A stretch of 64,000 nucleotides of DNA from Octopus vulgaris. Its lineage: Eukaryota. The stretch spans positions 66,402,001 to 66,466,000 of the forward strand of contig OX597820.1 in the NCBI GenBank assembly GCA_951406725.2, read 5' to 3'. Every line of letters begins with the position of its first letter. Position 1 is the first letter of the stretch. Below, one piece after another: positions 1 through 12,182 of the stretch. The notes under the pieces are model-generated. The model was not told where the DNA came from. It saw nothing but the letters and a program-made list of their open reading frames with translations, and did no database searches. The translations under genes and the position numbers were made by a program.

Positions 1-193
1 TTTTAGATTATTAACAAATTCGATGAAGGTGTGAGCGAGTACGAAGCTGATGATGACAAGCATGTGGATAATTATATTAGACATTTTTGTATTACCTAGG
101 AAAATGATACAAACGATTAATGCAAGAGTGCAGTCTTCGGCGAAATAGCAGTGTTTAAAACTGTTTCGTTTTGTATTATTTGACGGTAGGGAA

Positions 194-404
194 TGTTACG
201 CCGCCAACAACATTAACGCAGTGAAACAACTCAAGTGTTATCCGATTATTTGTGTAGTCGTCCAGTAAAGAGAGGGCACAAAAGGTGCTAGAAACGGGCG
301 GTGGGAACCATCTTGAAGCGAGACTAAGGAGAAACCAGAATCGCGTGGAAACTCCCGTATATGCCTTTGCATTTAAACCCATTGATGGATATACCATTGG
401 CGAC
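194..404 (+). mobile_element. Gypsy-type LTR copy (TG at 194, CA at 396) followed by PBS-like TGGCGAC
   Basis: Visibly homologous to 9933-10100 (shared aaaaggtgct, cttgaagcga-actaagg-gaaac and ttgcatttaaaccc-ttga blocks). TGGCGAC at 398-404. Confidence 0.6.
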
Positions 405-423
405 AATACACACGCACACATAG

Positions 424-705
424 TGAAGGCGCGTGGCTTAGTGATTAGAGTGTTAGGCCAGGTGGTGATCGCAAGATGGTGAGTTCGATTCTCGGCGACT
501 CGTTGTGGCAATGAGCAAGACACTTTATTTCACGTTGCTCCAGTCTACTCAGCTGGCAAAAATGAGCAGTACCTGTTATTCGATGGGGCGGCCTTGTCGC
601 GTTCTGTGTCACGCTGAATCTCCCCGAGAACTGCGTTAAGGGTACACGTATCTGTGGAGTACTCAGCCACATCAATTTCTCGAGCAGGCTGTCACAGTAT
701 CGACC
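424..705 (+). mobile_element. tRNA-derived SINE
   Basis: A-box-like TGGCTTAGTGA and B-box-like GTTCGATTC, then core tgagcaagacactttatttcacgttgctccagt. Related copies at ~11740-11870 (-), ~15822-16030 (+) and ~53850-54082 (-). Confidence 0.75.
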
Positions 706-751
706 AGACTATTCGATGTTGGTATAAATCACTGGTCACAGTGCTCTTCGC

Positions 752-1420
752 TTTGTTTTTGTTTTGTTTTTTCCTGCCTTTAACCCTCCAACGCAGAATA
801 TTGGCCACTTATAACTGAATTCCATGTCGCATAATTTTTCGCTTCTGTACTTATACTCTGCCATGAATGTCCCCTTTTCTCTAGTTCCTTTTGTGTTAAT
901 CTCCGCTACGAGTTCTTAAGCCCATCTTTCTTTCTATATCTATCCGGATTCCACTGTGAAGCACTTTTCGCTACATTTGGTGTATCTTTTCTAATTGTGT
1001 TACAAATCCACTTCCACTTTTTCTTAAATATTTGCTCCCTAATCGAAACTTGGTTTGTTCTTTGCCATAGCTCCATATTGCTTATGTGTTCGGGCCATCT
1101 AATTTTGAGTATACTACGCAAGCATCTGTTGATGAATTTGCTTATTTGACTTAACTGTTGTTCGCCATGTCTCAGCCCCATACAGTAACACCGCTTTTAC
1201 GTTAGTATTAAAACTTCTTATTTTGTTCTTTATTGAAATTGCACTTGCGCTCCATACTCTTTTTAACAAGTGAAAAGCGGTCCTTGCCTTACTTATTCTC
1301 GTCTTAATATCTTCGTCGGTGCCGCCTGAAAACGTTATCTTACTACCTAAATACGTAAACTTGGCTACATCCTCCAGTTCACCGGTTTCTAGTTTAATAC
1401 GTTCGCTGTTTTCTTCATTA
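752..1420 (-). mobile_element. 5'-truncated RTE-clade LINE 3' fragment (frameshifted)
   Basis: Translated LEDVAKFTYLGSKITFSGGTDEDIKTRISKARTAF...VKAVLLYGAETW, then INRCLRSILKIRWPEHISNMELWQRTNQ...WKWI...WNP. This is a typical RTE C-terminal region, with an A-rich tail near 752-772. Confidence 0.9.
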
Positions 1421-1599
1421 ACGTTTTGTTTTAGCCGTCGAATAACGCCACTCCGCTGGAGAGGCGAGTGGGCCGACATTCCAACCAATAGGAAGACCAT
1501 TCCATCGAAGGCTTAACTCATTTACATCTGAGTGGACTGAAAAGAAACTTTAATCTAGCAACCGTACATGCAATGCCGTAACCACTTGCCCACGCGCCT

Positions 1600-1641
<42 letters not shown>

Positions 1642-1930
1642 TTTCAAAACATGGCATTTTAAAATATTTCTCCGTATAAATCAAAAAAACATGATGAACA
1701 CTGGGCTTCTTTCAGTTTCCAACTACCAAATCTACTTTGGTCGGTCCGGGGTCTAGCAGAAGACACTTGCCGTTCAGTGTGACTGAACCCTAGACCACAT
1801 AGTGTAGATTCAAACTTCTGAACCACACACCCACACCTCTGCACCTAAGTAGCCAGTGTCTTGAAAATTTATTTTAATAGGTGAAGACCCCATTTAATAC
1901 ACACACACATATACCTAGTAAAATCTATAT

Positions 1931-2183
1931 ATGTTTTTGTTTGCTACTATTAGTTTCATGTTCTCAGAGCATGCCTGACAGTATTTTTAACACGTTTAGT
2001 GTCCTGTCACAATCATCAGGTACTAGGACACCAGACGTATTAAAAAATACTTTCTGGCATGCTCTCAGCATATGAAACAAATAATAGCACATAAAAACAT
2101 ACATTATGTTTATTAAATAACATTTATCTCTCACCAGATGGAGTACTGTTTTTTCGTATCTTAACATCACGGTACACTATCTA
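1931..2183. mobile_element. Penelope-like pLTR-type remnant with ~75-bp inverted arms and a hammerhead-like motif
   Basis: Arms 1931-2005 and 2025-2100 are imperfect reverse complements. The minus strand reads CTGATGA (2019-2013) ... GAAAC-TAATA-GTA. The 3' part is homologous to 63943-64000. Confidence 0.6.
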
Positions 2184-2184
2184 C

Positions 2185-2256
<72 letters not shown>

Positions 2257-2257
<1 letters not shown>

Positions 2258-2537
2258 GTGGAGGCGCAATGGCCCAGTGGTCGGACTCGCGGTTTCGATT
2301 CCCAGACCGGGCGTTGTGAGTGTTTATTGAGCGAAAATACCTAAAGCTCCACGAGTCTCCGTGGCGATCCCTGCTGTACTCTTTCACCACAACTTTCTCT
2401 CACTCTTTCTTCTGTTGGCCTGCTCGCTTAGCCAGCGGGGTGGCATCATTTGAAGGCTAAAACAATGCGAAGCGCATTGTGACCAGCGATGTGTAGCAAC
2501 ATCTGATAGCCTGGTTGGTCACGGTGGTCACGGTGAT
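2257..2537 (+). mobile_element. tRNA-derived SINE (second family) inserted in (TA)n
   Basis: GGAGGCGCAATGGCCCAGTGG head and GGTTTCGATTCC B-box-like motif, flanked by TA repeats. Confidence 0.7.
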
Positions 2538-3083
2538 ATATATATATAACCAGCCTAATAGTAGGGGATTATGAATCTGGGCAAAGTACTTCGTAAGCTC
2601 CCTAACAATATCGTTTAGATTAGTGAATTCTTACGACAGGGTCCGAGTTTATGGTTCATTACAATTCCGTGGTTTGGCTCCAGACAAACTGGTTATTACA
2701 CTCTAGTGTGTGTATGTATGTGTGTGTGTGTGTTTATCAATACAGGAATTGTCCTTTAATTTCCATAGCTTTGTGAATCATTTTATTGAATTTATTCAAT
2801 AAAATTGATTTTATTGTGAACTTCCCTAATAAGCTGCGACAAAAATCGATAGCAAAATCAATGAAAAATGGCCTCGTAATTGTATATTCATTTATCTAAA
2901 CCGGCAGTTTTTTTTTTTATTATTTTTATAATTAGACAAAATATATTTAAATGATTTTAATATTGTTTTGTTATTATTCATATTAATTTTACGTATTGCA
3001 GTTTTCGCTTTTTTATATATATTCTTCGGTGCTTTAACGATCGTGCGAATGTATATGCGTGAATACATACATACATGCATATA

Positions 3084-3116
<33 letters not shown>

Positions 3117-3135
3117 GGTGTAGTATGTATATATA

Positions 3136-3202
<67 letters not shown>

Positions 3203-4655
3203 GCATATATATATATGTATGTATATGTATGATTTGTATATTGACATATTTGTATATTCATACATTTATATGTGTATATATTCGTATGACTACGTACTTG
3301 TGTGTTTATATGCGTCTATATTTAGTATATACTTTAATGTATATAATAAATATCTGCCGAGTGTAGCTGCATTATACACTTATGTGTATGTGTGTGTGTG
3401 TATACACTCACATACATAAAACTGATTGGACGTATATGTGTATTCGTGTGTGTGTGTGTGTGTGTATGGTTGGGATAGCCACGTGTAGATACATACACAC
3501 ACACACACACATACACACACAAAATCCTTTTAAAATCAGTTTTAATTTCTGATACCAACAGAATTACAAAGTAAAACAAGAAATGAGAAAGAAATTCGAA
3601 AACTAAACCATTTATTTAAAAGAAGAAAAATGATTTTTTTTTCTCTCTCTCTCTCTCTCTTCAATAACTTTTGAAAAAAAATGTTGTTTTATGTGAAATA
3701 AAATATCAAGTTAAGACTAACGACTGTATTTTATTTGGTTTCACTATCCCGCTTAATTTTCGCTTATCTGCACTAGTTCTCTTTTTAAGATTGCGAAATA
3801 TTAAAAATGGCCAAAATTATTACCATAAAAATGACATTTATCTCTTTCAATCACATTTTAATGGTGTCTACTAAATGTGTGATACCATCATTATAATACT
3901 TTCATATAAATTTTCGTTCGTTTCGTTTCGTTTTGTTTTGGGTGTGTCTGTGTGTTTTTTTTTTTTGCTTGTTGTTTGCTTTTTTATTTTCATTTTTATT
4001 TTTACCTGCTTGTGTCGAGTTAACTTTATATTCCTACAAAAGGAAGTTTGGTTTTCGTTAGCGGGGGCGAAAAATATTTGGAAGATTTATTTACACGTAC
4101 AAATATACACGCACATATATCTATTTTGGAATAGTGGATCTAGAAACTCACTTTAAGCTACAAATAATAACATGCGCGTATTGGGTTGAAAAAAAAACAA
4201 AAAAACCTTTTTAAGATAAAAAGAAAATGGCGAAGGCTTCCCTGTGTGACTAGATCCCACATCTCCTATGACAGATAGGCTTTCTACCATTGGATCAAAG
4301 CATTTTTGCGGTGCAGTTTTTCTTACCACACAATATGTGCATGCTACAATTTGTAGCTTTACGTGTGCTTCCAGATCCATTATTCCAACAAGAAAGAATT
4401 AGTTCAAGTCCTCTCAAAAGTTAATAAAATTGTTATGACGTACATATATGTACATACATACGTACGTACATACATACATACATACATATGGCGGTGCTCC
4501 AGCATGGCCACAGTCAACTGAAACAAGTAAAAGAATATATAATAGACCCTCAATTCCATTTAGGCATATGAGCATCAAATTGCTTTGTCAACTGAAAAAT
4601 TAATACACTCCATTACATGCAATCACTGTACCCAAAGATAATTCTTAAGTTTTTA

Positions 4656-4700
<45 letters not shown>

Positions 4701-5069
4701 CCTTTCCACTATAGGTACAAGGCTTAAAATTTGGTGAGAGGGGACTAGTCGAATACACCGATCCCAATGCTCGATTGGTACTTAATTTATTGACCCCGAA
4801 AGGATGAAAGGCAAAGTCAACTTCGGCGGAATTTGAACTAAGAAATTAGACACACGAAAGACCGCTAAGCATTTCGCCCGGCGTGCTAACGATTCTGCCA
4901 GCTCGCTGCCTTAAAATAAGTAGAAGAAGAATGTTTTCAAGTTTTGGCACAGGGCCAGTAATTTGTAGGAGGTGGAGTAAGTCGATTACATCGACTCCAA
5001 GCTCTACTCGTACTTCTCTAATGACCTTCAAAGGATGATAGGCAAAGTTGACCTCGGCAGAATTTGAAC

Positions 5070-5070
<1 letters not shown>
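4656..5070 (-). mobile_element. Two tandem copies of a (TAT)n-tailed SINE (family B)
   Basis: Reverse complement of aaggcagcgagctggcagaatcgttagcacgccgggcgaaatgcttagcggt...gactttgcctttcatcctttcggggtc. Further copies at ~11230-11445 (-), 32570-32790, 38215-38430, 38700-39060, 56776-57170 and 59030-59520. Confidence 0.85.
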
Positions 5071-5143
<73 letters not shown>

Positions 5144-5146
<3 letters not shown>

Positions 5147-5390
5147 CGGAGATGTACTTGCATAGCGAGTGATCTGATTGAGATCATGTGCTGGAAGGAA
5201 AACAATTGCAGCGTGGAAGGTGTTTATAAGCCATTTAAGAAACACAAAAACCGTTAGATTCACTTCAACATTTAAATTTAATTTGTCAAAATATTTTCGT
5301 CGCTTTGAAGCCGTGACCTGTTCACTGACAAAACTTCGTGCTGCACGAAATCTTGTCAGTGAACAGGTCACGGCCTCAAAGCGATGAGAT
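5144..5390 (-). mobile_element. Penelope-like pLTR-type element ending in a 42-bp foldback
   Basis: 5300-5341 and 5343-5384 are reverse complements (3 mismatches, 1-nt loop). Abuts (TA)n. A diverged second copy starts at 8200 (cggagatgtactt). Confidence 0.65.
5283..5331 (-). ncRNA. Minimal type I hammerhead-like motif, G3-C8 core variant
   Basis: Minus strand: TTGTCA-GTGAACA-G-GTCAC-ggcttcaaa-GCGAC-GAAA-ATAT-T-T-TGACAA. It has a 6-bp stem I, a stem II, GAAA, a palindromic ATAT loop III and UH. Confidence 0.6.
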
Positions 5391-5598
5391 ATATACAGTG
5401 ATATACACATGGAAGATCTTGAGAGGTCTAACTCCCAAAGTTTCCGTCTCCTCCATCTAGAATAAGTACCCAGTTCTGTAACAGCTGGGGTTTCGAGGTT
5501 CCACTAATTATTCAACAGCCTGGCAAAACAGCCTCAGAGATATCTACGAGGTGTAGATGTGGAGGTCTTCAAAAAACGTCTGAACAAATTTTTATCTG
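5390..5598 (+). mobile_element. Decayed CR1/Jockey-superfamily LINE 3' fragment
   Basis: Translates with frameshifts to VIYTWKILRGLTPK...QFCNSWGFEVP..LFNSL...GVDVEVFKKRLNKFLS. Confidence 0.6.
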
Positions 5599-5601
5599 AG
5601 A

Positions 5602-5910
5602 CTAGCAGTATCGCCCGGCGTTGCTCGGGTTTGTAAGGGAAATAACTATATAAGCATTTTTAGAGAGTTACTTCCCTTATAGATGCCAATTCGGGCTTTC
5701 TTAGCCATTTCTGTTTTGGTGTCTTCAAGCCATGAAGTCGTTGTTCTAAAAGAACGCTGGTCTCCTTGACAACGCGTTACGACGTTGATTTCCTTACACT
5801 CCCTTCCCTACAGCTTCACGAGGGAGGGGAGAAGGGGGAGAAGCAACACAGGTGCAGGTGTGACCGTGGACGCCAACTCCGCCGCCATCGACACACGAAA
5901 AATTTACACT
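5602..5910 (-). mobile_element. Non-autonomous Helitron fragment with canonical 3' end
   Basis: Minus strand ends in hairpin CCCGAGCAACGCCGGG (5629-5614), then CTAG|T (5605-5601). The 5' boundary is uncertain. Confidence 0.6.
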
Positions 5911-5965
5911 GAAAGTCTGTGGCCCAGCATGGTCTCAGCCTCTGTCTGAAATCAGTAAAAGATTA

Positions 5966-6022
<57 letters not shown>

Positions 6023-6417
6023 ATACCTACTGCGTAGTTCGTGCGTGTATGAATATACACGTTAGACATATGGATATACTCTTTCTCTCTTTCGTAGCGA
6101 CACGATCTGTTGCAGGCAAGCTATGTCATGCAATGATTGTTTCTGTCTTTCCCAAATCTGTCCCGTATTTCAAAAATAGTTGAAAGACGAAAGAATAGAT
6201 ATGTAGTGGGGGAAACAATAGACATTTATCTCAGACAGGAATGCACGACATCTTTGCAATGTTAAGCAATTTGTAGATATTCCTGACATTCGTCATATTT
6301 CTTTTCGGGAGTAAGGATTGTAACTGTAGTTAACAACAGACGAAACATATACGTGGATGTGTGTGAATACATATATATTTATAAACACACACACACGCAC
6401 ACACATATATATATATA

Positions 6418-6467
<50 letters not shown>

Positions 6468-6472
<5 letters not shown>

Positions 6473-6526
6473 GTTTATTACATACATATATATATATTCA
6501 TACATATGCATATATATACATACATA

Positions 6527-6563
<37 letters not shown>

Positions 6564-6620
6564 CATGTTTATTACATACATATATATATATTCATACATA
6601 TGCATATATATACATACATA

Positions 6621-6655
<35 letters not shown>

Positions 6656-6745
6656 GTTTATTACATACATATATATATATTCATACATATGCATATATAT
6701 ATACATACATATTCATATATATATATATATACATGCATATATATT
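6468..6745. repeat. Three tandem copies of a ~90-bp microsatellite-derived unit
   Basis: catgtttattacatacatatatatatattcatacatatgcat... recurs near 6470, 6564 and 6653. Confidence 0.8.
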
Positions 6746-6783
6746 CACATACATTATATATATTTATACATACATACATACAT

Positions 6784-6853
<70 letters not shown>

Positions 6854-7587
6854 CTATATATATATATATATAACGCGTAGAGCTTATGCGAAGGCGTCTT
6901 CTTTCTAATTGTAGTTTGATATGTGTATTGTTTATATATGACTGTGTATGTGTATACACACACAGGCATATTCTAACGTTACTGCACACACGTACATATT
7001 TCATAGCTATACATCCTCATACACGTTTGTATATGCATGTGTTATTATATGTACGTGTGTATTTATGTATATACACATATTATGTGTGTTATGTGTAATA
7101 TATTGTTATGTAGTTGTGTGTATGTAACAGTTACTTCAACACAGAGGCACGTCACTCGAAGTGTCGCCATTTCCAGCTATCGTCTGCCATTCAATGGAAA
7201 TAACTCTAGACACCAGTTAACAATGTCCTCTCTCTCATCATTGCACTGATGTTGTCATTGTATTTCATTGTTTGGATTTTATTTAATGAATTTTTAAAGA
7301 GACACTCCTATCCTTTTTTAATATATCTTTGGTAATTTTCTTTTCATTCTCAGATGCCAAATATTTTTTAGCGTCAATAAAATTTGTATGGCTTATCTTT
7401 CTTTTCCTTTCTTGTTATTTCTGATAGTCTTTCTCCCTCTATTTCCATCTCTCTCTCTCTCTGTATTGATACATACGTACATATACGACACACATGTATA
7501 TATACTTATATACATACATATATATATGCGTATATCAATTGATTCATACATACATACATACATATATATACACATACATACACACAC

Positions 7588-7620
<33 letters not shown>

Positions 7621-8199
7621 GGTATATAGTTAGATATACATACACTGACATATATGTATGTACAGATTTATACACATACAAACACAAATGTATTTATGCA
7701 CAAAATTCTTTTCTACGCAAAGCTATTCAGCGAGTAGGGGAGGGGTAGTTATTTAACAGAAGTAAAGAGAATCGGATTTGGAGTGATAATATACAGAAAG
7801 ATATATATATAAAGTGCGGCTAATACGAATAGACACTCGGAAATAAATGTAAACTACACACACACACACGTATATATATTCTATCTCTGGACACAACGCT
7901 TACAGCATTCAGATTATTAGCTGATTGCTCTTAGAACTAAAATCTATGGTCTCAGGATACCATCGCCATACTGAAATAGATTTTGTATCGAATTCTCTTC
8001 TCTTCTATTGAGTATTTTTGCTAATGGCTTTGCGCAATGAATAAATGAATAAATAAATAGTAATAAAAAAAATTGGTATATTTACAAATTAGTTACCTAT
8101 ATAGTTACTATAAAAGCTAATTTCTCTACGTTAATTCTAAATTTTGTTTTGATATTTTAAGTAATCCGTACGCTCTTAATTTTTTTTTTCTATTTATTT

Positions 8200-8580
8200 C
8201 GGAGATGTACTTTGCCAAGCGAGTGATTTTTGTCTGAGATCTATATTGAAACTAAAACGATTCCAGCATGGAAGACATGTATTAACCATTCGAAAGCGCA
8301 CACAGATTTAACTTAAAACATTTATTTGGTGTCAAAATTTAATTAGTTGTTATTTTATTTATTGTTTTGCGTGACAAATTTTATGGGCCTTGTGCTTTTG
8401 ATATTTCTGTTGCATCTGTACATAAGCGATTTCTATCATGGGGTGTTAATTCTTTGCCTGTCCAAATCTTTCTCACAGATTTATACTAAACGTCCATGCT
8501 TGTTTTTCAGATTCGTGGTTAGTTCTTATTTCATATGTTCTGAGTAATATAAGCTTTCGTTTTCATAAGTCCCATATTAC
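8200..8580 (-). mobile_element. Older diverged copy of the 5144-5390 pLTR-type element
   Basis: Shares cggagatgtactt, gcgagtgat, tgagatc, aaaac-att-cagc-tggaag and tgtcaaaat...tgacaa blocks. The hammerhead core is lost. Confidence 0.55.
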
Positions 8581-8799
8581 TTGGATGGTTGAAAAGAAAT
8601 TAAGGATGCGTATCATATATGTTGCATCGATTCCAGGGAAATAATATCCTGTGTATCAAATATAATACACATGGTAAGCAATTGGTTTGAAAATTCCCTA
8701 TTACTATGGCTGAAAGGCGTTCTGAGCTAGATATATGAATTAACGATGAGCAAGCTGGAGATGCTCTGCAGTTGCTGAAATGACGTTCTACTTCAGCAA

Positions 8800-10100
8800 G
8801 CGAGAATTAAGTTGTGGGGATGGTACTGTGCGGAAATCTAGTAGTCTCACTCCAAAATCGAGATTGAAGATGTTGCTGGACCTATATACCAGATCCATGA
8901 AGGAATAAGCGCACATGAAAGCGCTTGTTAGATGCTATGGGTGGTGGCCAAACTTGGATGCCGAGATTGAAATGTAAGGTTTATGAAGTATACAATTAAG
9001 TTCAAAGCAATCCAAAAACATACCCAAGTCAGCTTCGGAAAAGAATACACGAAGAGTTTGTGGGTCCATTTTTGGGACATATGTGTTCTTTATTGTTGAC
9101 GCGTACTCGAAATTAACGGCCTGAGTGAAAAAAATTAAGAGGAATTTTCACCACTCATGGTCTGCCTTTAAAATAGTGACATTGGTTCATGTTTTGTTAG
9201 TAAAGAGTTTAAGCTGTTTATGGATTTTAACGGAATTAAGCATGTACATTTACCTCTTAGTATCATACTCCTCTAATGGGTCCAGCTGATCGTACTGTTC
9301 GCACATTCAGAGGTAGTAAAGAAAATTAAAAGTGGACACGAAAGGGACACTCGAAACTAAGGTGTACAGGTTCTTGTCCTCTTTTAAGATTATTCTGCCT
9401 TCAAGAAGAGGCGCTTCTCCTGCTAAATTCTTCAAACGTCATATACAGACTGCTTTGCACCTACTGAAACTAGTCGTCCAGTTCTAGAGTGAAGGCGGTG
9501 TCAATATAATATGGAGCAAGTGACAAAAAAATTACATCGGCTGCGTACATTTAGAAAGCACGATCGTGTTCTTGTACAAACTTTTGAAGCTGATGAATAC
9601 TGAGTGGAAAACTCTATAACCCAACAGTTAAGAGATGTAAAGTTTGAAGTAAGAGTGGTTGGAAACGTTTTTATAGCGACATGTTTGATCAACTTCTAAA
9701 GCTTCCAGCTCACTCAGCTAGCTCACGTTCCCACTATTACAGCTGCTGAGGGCTCCTGCTATTCTTTAACTGAGGCGGTAAAGGCTGTCAGTTCTCCATT
9801 GCATATTACTGCTGTCTCGCCCAGAACTTCTGAGACACCGGCTGGTCCTTGAAGTTCGTAGGTGAAGCCGTTGACACCAACCACCCTCCACGACGATTAC
9901 GTATGGATTAAACACTAATTAATGATTGGAGGTGTTGTGCTGACAAGAACATGTAAGCAGACCCGGTTATAAGGAATAAAAGGTGCTTCAAACTGATAGC
10001 GGGCGCCAGCTTGAAGCGATACTAAGGTGAAACAAGAATTGCACTGAAGCTCCGACATGCAGTCCTTGCATTTAAACCCGTTGAAGACCTAAATACAACA
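8800..10100 (+). mobile_element. Decayed Ty3/Gypsy LTR retrotransposon 3' part: integrase pseudogene, PPT and 3' LTR (9933-10100)
   Basis: MKALVRCYGWWPNLDAEIE (8915-8971), KRIHEEFVGPFLGHM, IVDAYSK, SDIGSCFVSKEFKLFMDFNGIKH and GASPAKFFKRHIQTALHLLK. Purine run GGAGG is followed by TGTTG...CAACA termini. Confidence 0.88.
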
Positions 10101-12134
10101 GCTTTACATCAAAAGTCTCAAACTATATAAAACCCTGCTTTTTTTTTTTCTCACCTGTTATATAATAATAGTGTTTTGAAAGAAAATATTCTGCCGCTTC
10201 ATGTCTATTGCCTTTGTATAGGTTGTGAAAACTGCACTAGATTTTTATTATAATGCTTCCCGTGTTTTTTGGTAGAAGGTAATTCAGTCAGTTTGACGAC
10301 GGTTAAACATTTTTCTTTATCTTATTTGCTTATTTATATACATTTTTTTTTCATTGCTTGGTATGTGCGGGACGACTTTGTCTGTCTGCCTTAATGTCTC
10401 AAATGTTACAAATGTCTTTGAGCTGGGGAAAAATGCATGAAACTCAGGTAGACAAACATCTTATTTCCTCTCTTTCTCGTCGGCCATAAAGTAAATATAG
10501 AGACATGGACGTGCCGACCAAGGGAAATGGCCTTGATCTACACCAATGATGTTCAACCTTTTCAGATTCACACGCGGCACACTGAATAAAATGCTAATAA
10601 TATTACGACACACTCTCAATACTTAAAAAAAATAAAAAGGCTGGTTGATAAGGAAATTTGTTTAGTGATCACAAAGTCCCCGGCTTGACCCCCCTATTGT
10701 ACATATTAAGCAATTGTTATTTATCTTAGCCGAGTGACATTGGGTAAATGGAAAGTGTGTCGTATGCTTTTTGGCAGGAAAATTAGGTTAAGAATACACA
10801 TGTCTGTGGATAATATTCAGCCGCTCTCTAACACAGTATAATTCATTGAGCAAAATTGATTCAGTTTTTCGAATAACTGAATATTTATAGCAGAAATCTA
10901 ACTTGGATCTTAAAATATATTATGATAGATCTCCAGCGTTCGACGATGAAGATTCTGTTGTTTGCTTGACTAAATACTTCCCTGTTACTTTTGAAGTAAC
11001 AGGGAAGTGACTAAATATTCGACAGACACGTGGACGACTAATGCAAATCTAAGAATCAACGTGGCGCAGTATATTACAAGGTTGTACCTTTTGTATTACT
11101 GGTACAATCTACTTGGCGGGCTTCTATTCAGTTTCCGTTTACCTACTTTCAGACAGTGTCTTGCAGCATTTGATATTGGCTCTCTGCGTTCTGGATGCAA
11201 CTCTGTCATTCTTCCAGCGTCGATAAACCCTTTCTATTATAAGCACAATGCTTGAAATTAGTGGGGAGGGGCTAGTCGATTACATCGACCCCAGTGCTTG
11301 ACTGGTACTTATTTTATCGACCCCAAAAGGATGAAAGGTAAAAAGCCGTCCTCGGCGGCATTTGAACTCAGAACGTAAAGACGGACGAAATGCCTCTTAG
11401 CATTTTGTCCTGTGGGCTTACAGTTCTGCCAGCCCGCCGCCTTCTCCAGCATCGATAAGTAAAGTACCTGTTTGGGGCGGCGGATTCGCATAGTGTTAGT
11501 GTCGGATAGGTTAGGTTGCCTTCGGTGTCCATCTCTTTACGTTCTGAGTTCGAACTGAGCTTTGGCTTGGTGGACATGATATGACCGAGCAGACTATCGG
11601 ATGTTGTAATACATCGCTGGTCAGAATACGCTTTGCATTGTTTTAGCTTCTTCTTTTTCAATGTCTCGCTGGCTAGGCGAGTAGGCCAGCATTCCTCCTG
11701 ATCTGAAGTCCTTCACAGAGTTACCCGTTTTACAGATGAGCGGACTGCAACAACGTGAAATTACGTGCTTTGCTGAAGAGCACAACTTACCGCCCGGTCT
11801 GTGAATCGAACTCACAATCTAGCTATATCATGAGTGCAACACTCTAACCACTAGGCCACGTGCCTTCATATGGTACACATAAAACACGTTGTTCGTGTTC
11901 GGGATAGGCTTCCTGTTTGAGGATACGTTTCTCCCAGCAATCTCAGAAGCCTTGAAAAGGGTCTTATACACTACCATTTCTCCCTGATTAAGGATAATAA
12001 TACAAAAAAAGAACTAAAAAATAGAGGTTTTCTAACGGACTAGTTTCCTAGTTACAAAATCATTGATTGTATTACACTGTGTTTTCTATATATTGCAAGC
12101 GAGGTAAACTACTGTCATGCCTGGCAAAAAGTAC

Positions 12135-12182
12135 CCACCACTGAGGAGATCCCATACAAATCGAAACTACGTGGTCTGATGG
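12135..12182 (+). ncRNA. Minimal type I hammerhead ribozyme motif with intact canonical core
   Basis: CCACCA-CTGAGGA-GAT-cccatacaa-ATC-GAAA-C-TACGTG-G-TC-TGATGG. GUC triplet at 12174-76, near-palindromic loop III, stem I 5/6 paired. Confidence 0.7.

Noticed and set aside
424-495. tRNA gene (also at 2257 and 19551)
   Set aside because: A/B-box heads run into SINE bodies and no complete cloverleaf forms.
2781-2804. AT-rich 11-bp palindrome
   Set aside because: Expected by chance at this AT content.
4153-4380. Minus ORF with HTGKP resembling a C2H2 zinc-finger linker
   Set aside because: No correctly spaced C-x2-C...H-x3-H finger; probably chance.
10544-10800. Additional hAT MITE relics (also ~36442-36710)
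   Set aside because: Only one degenerate TIR-like end is recognisable and there is no TSD; too weak to call.
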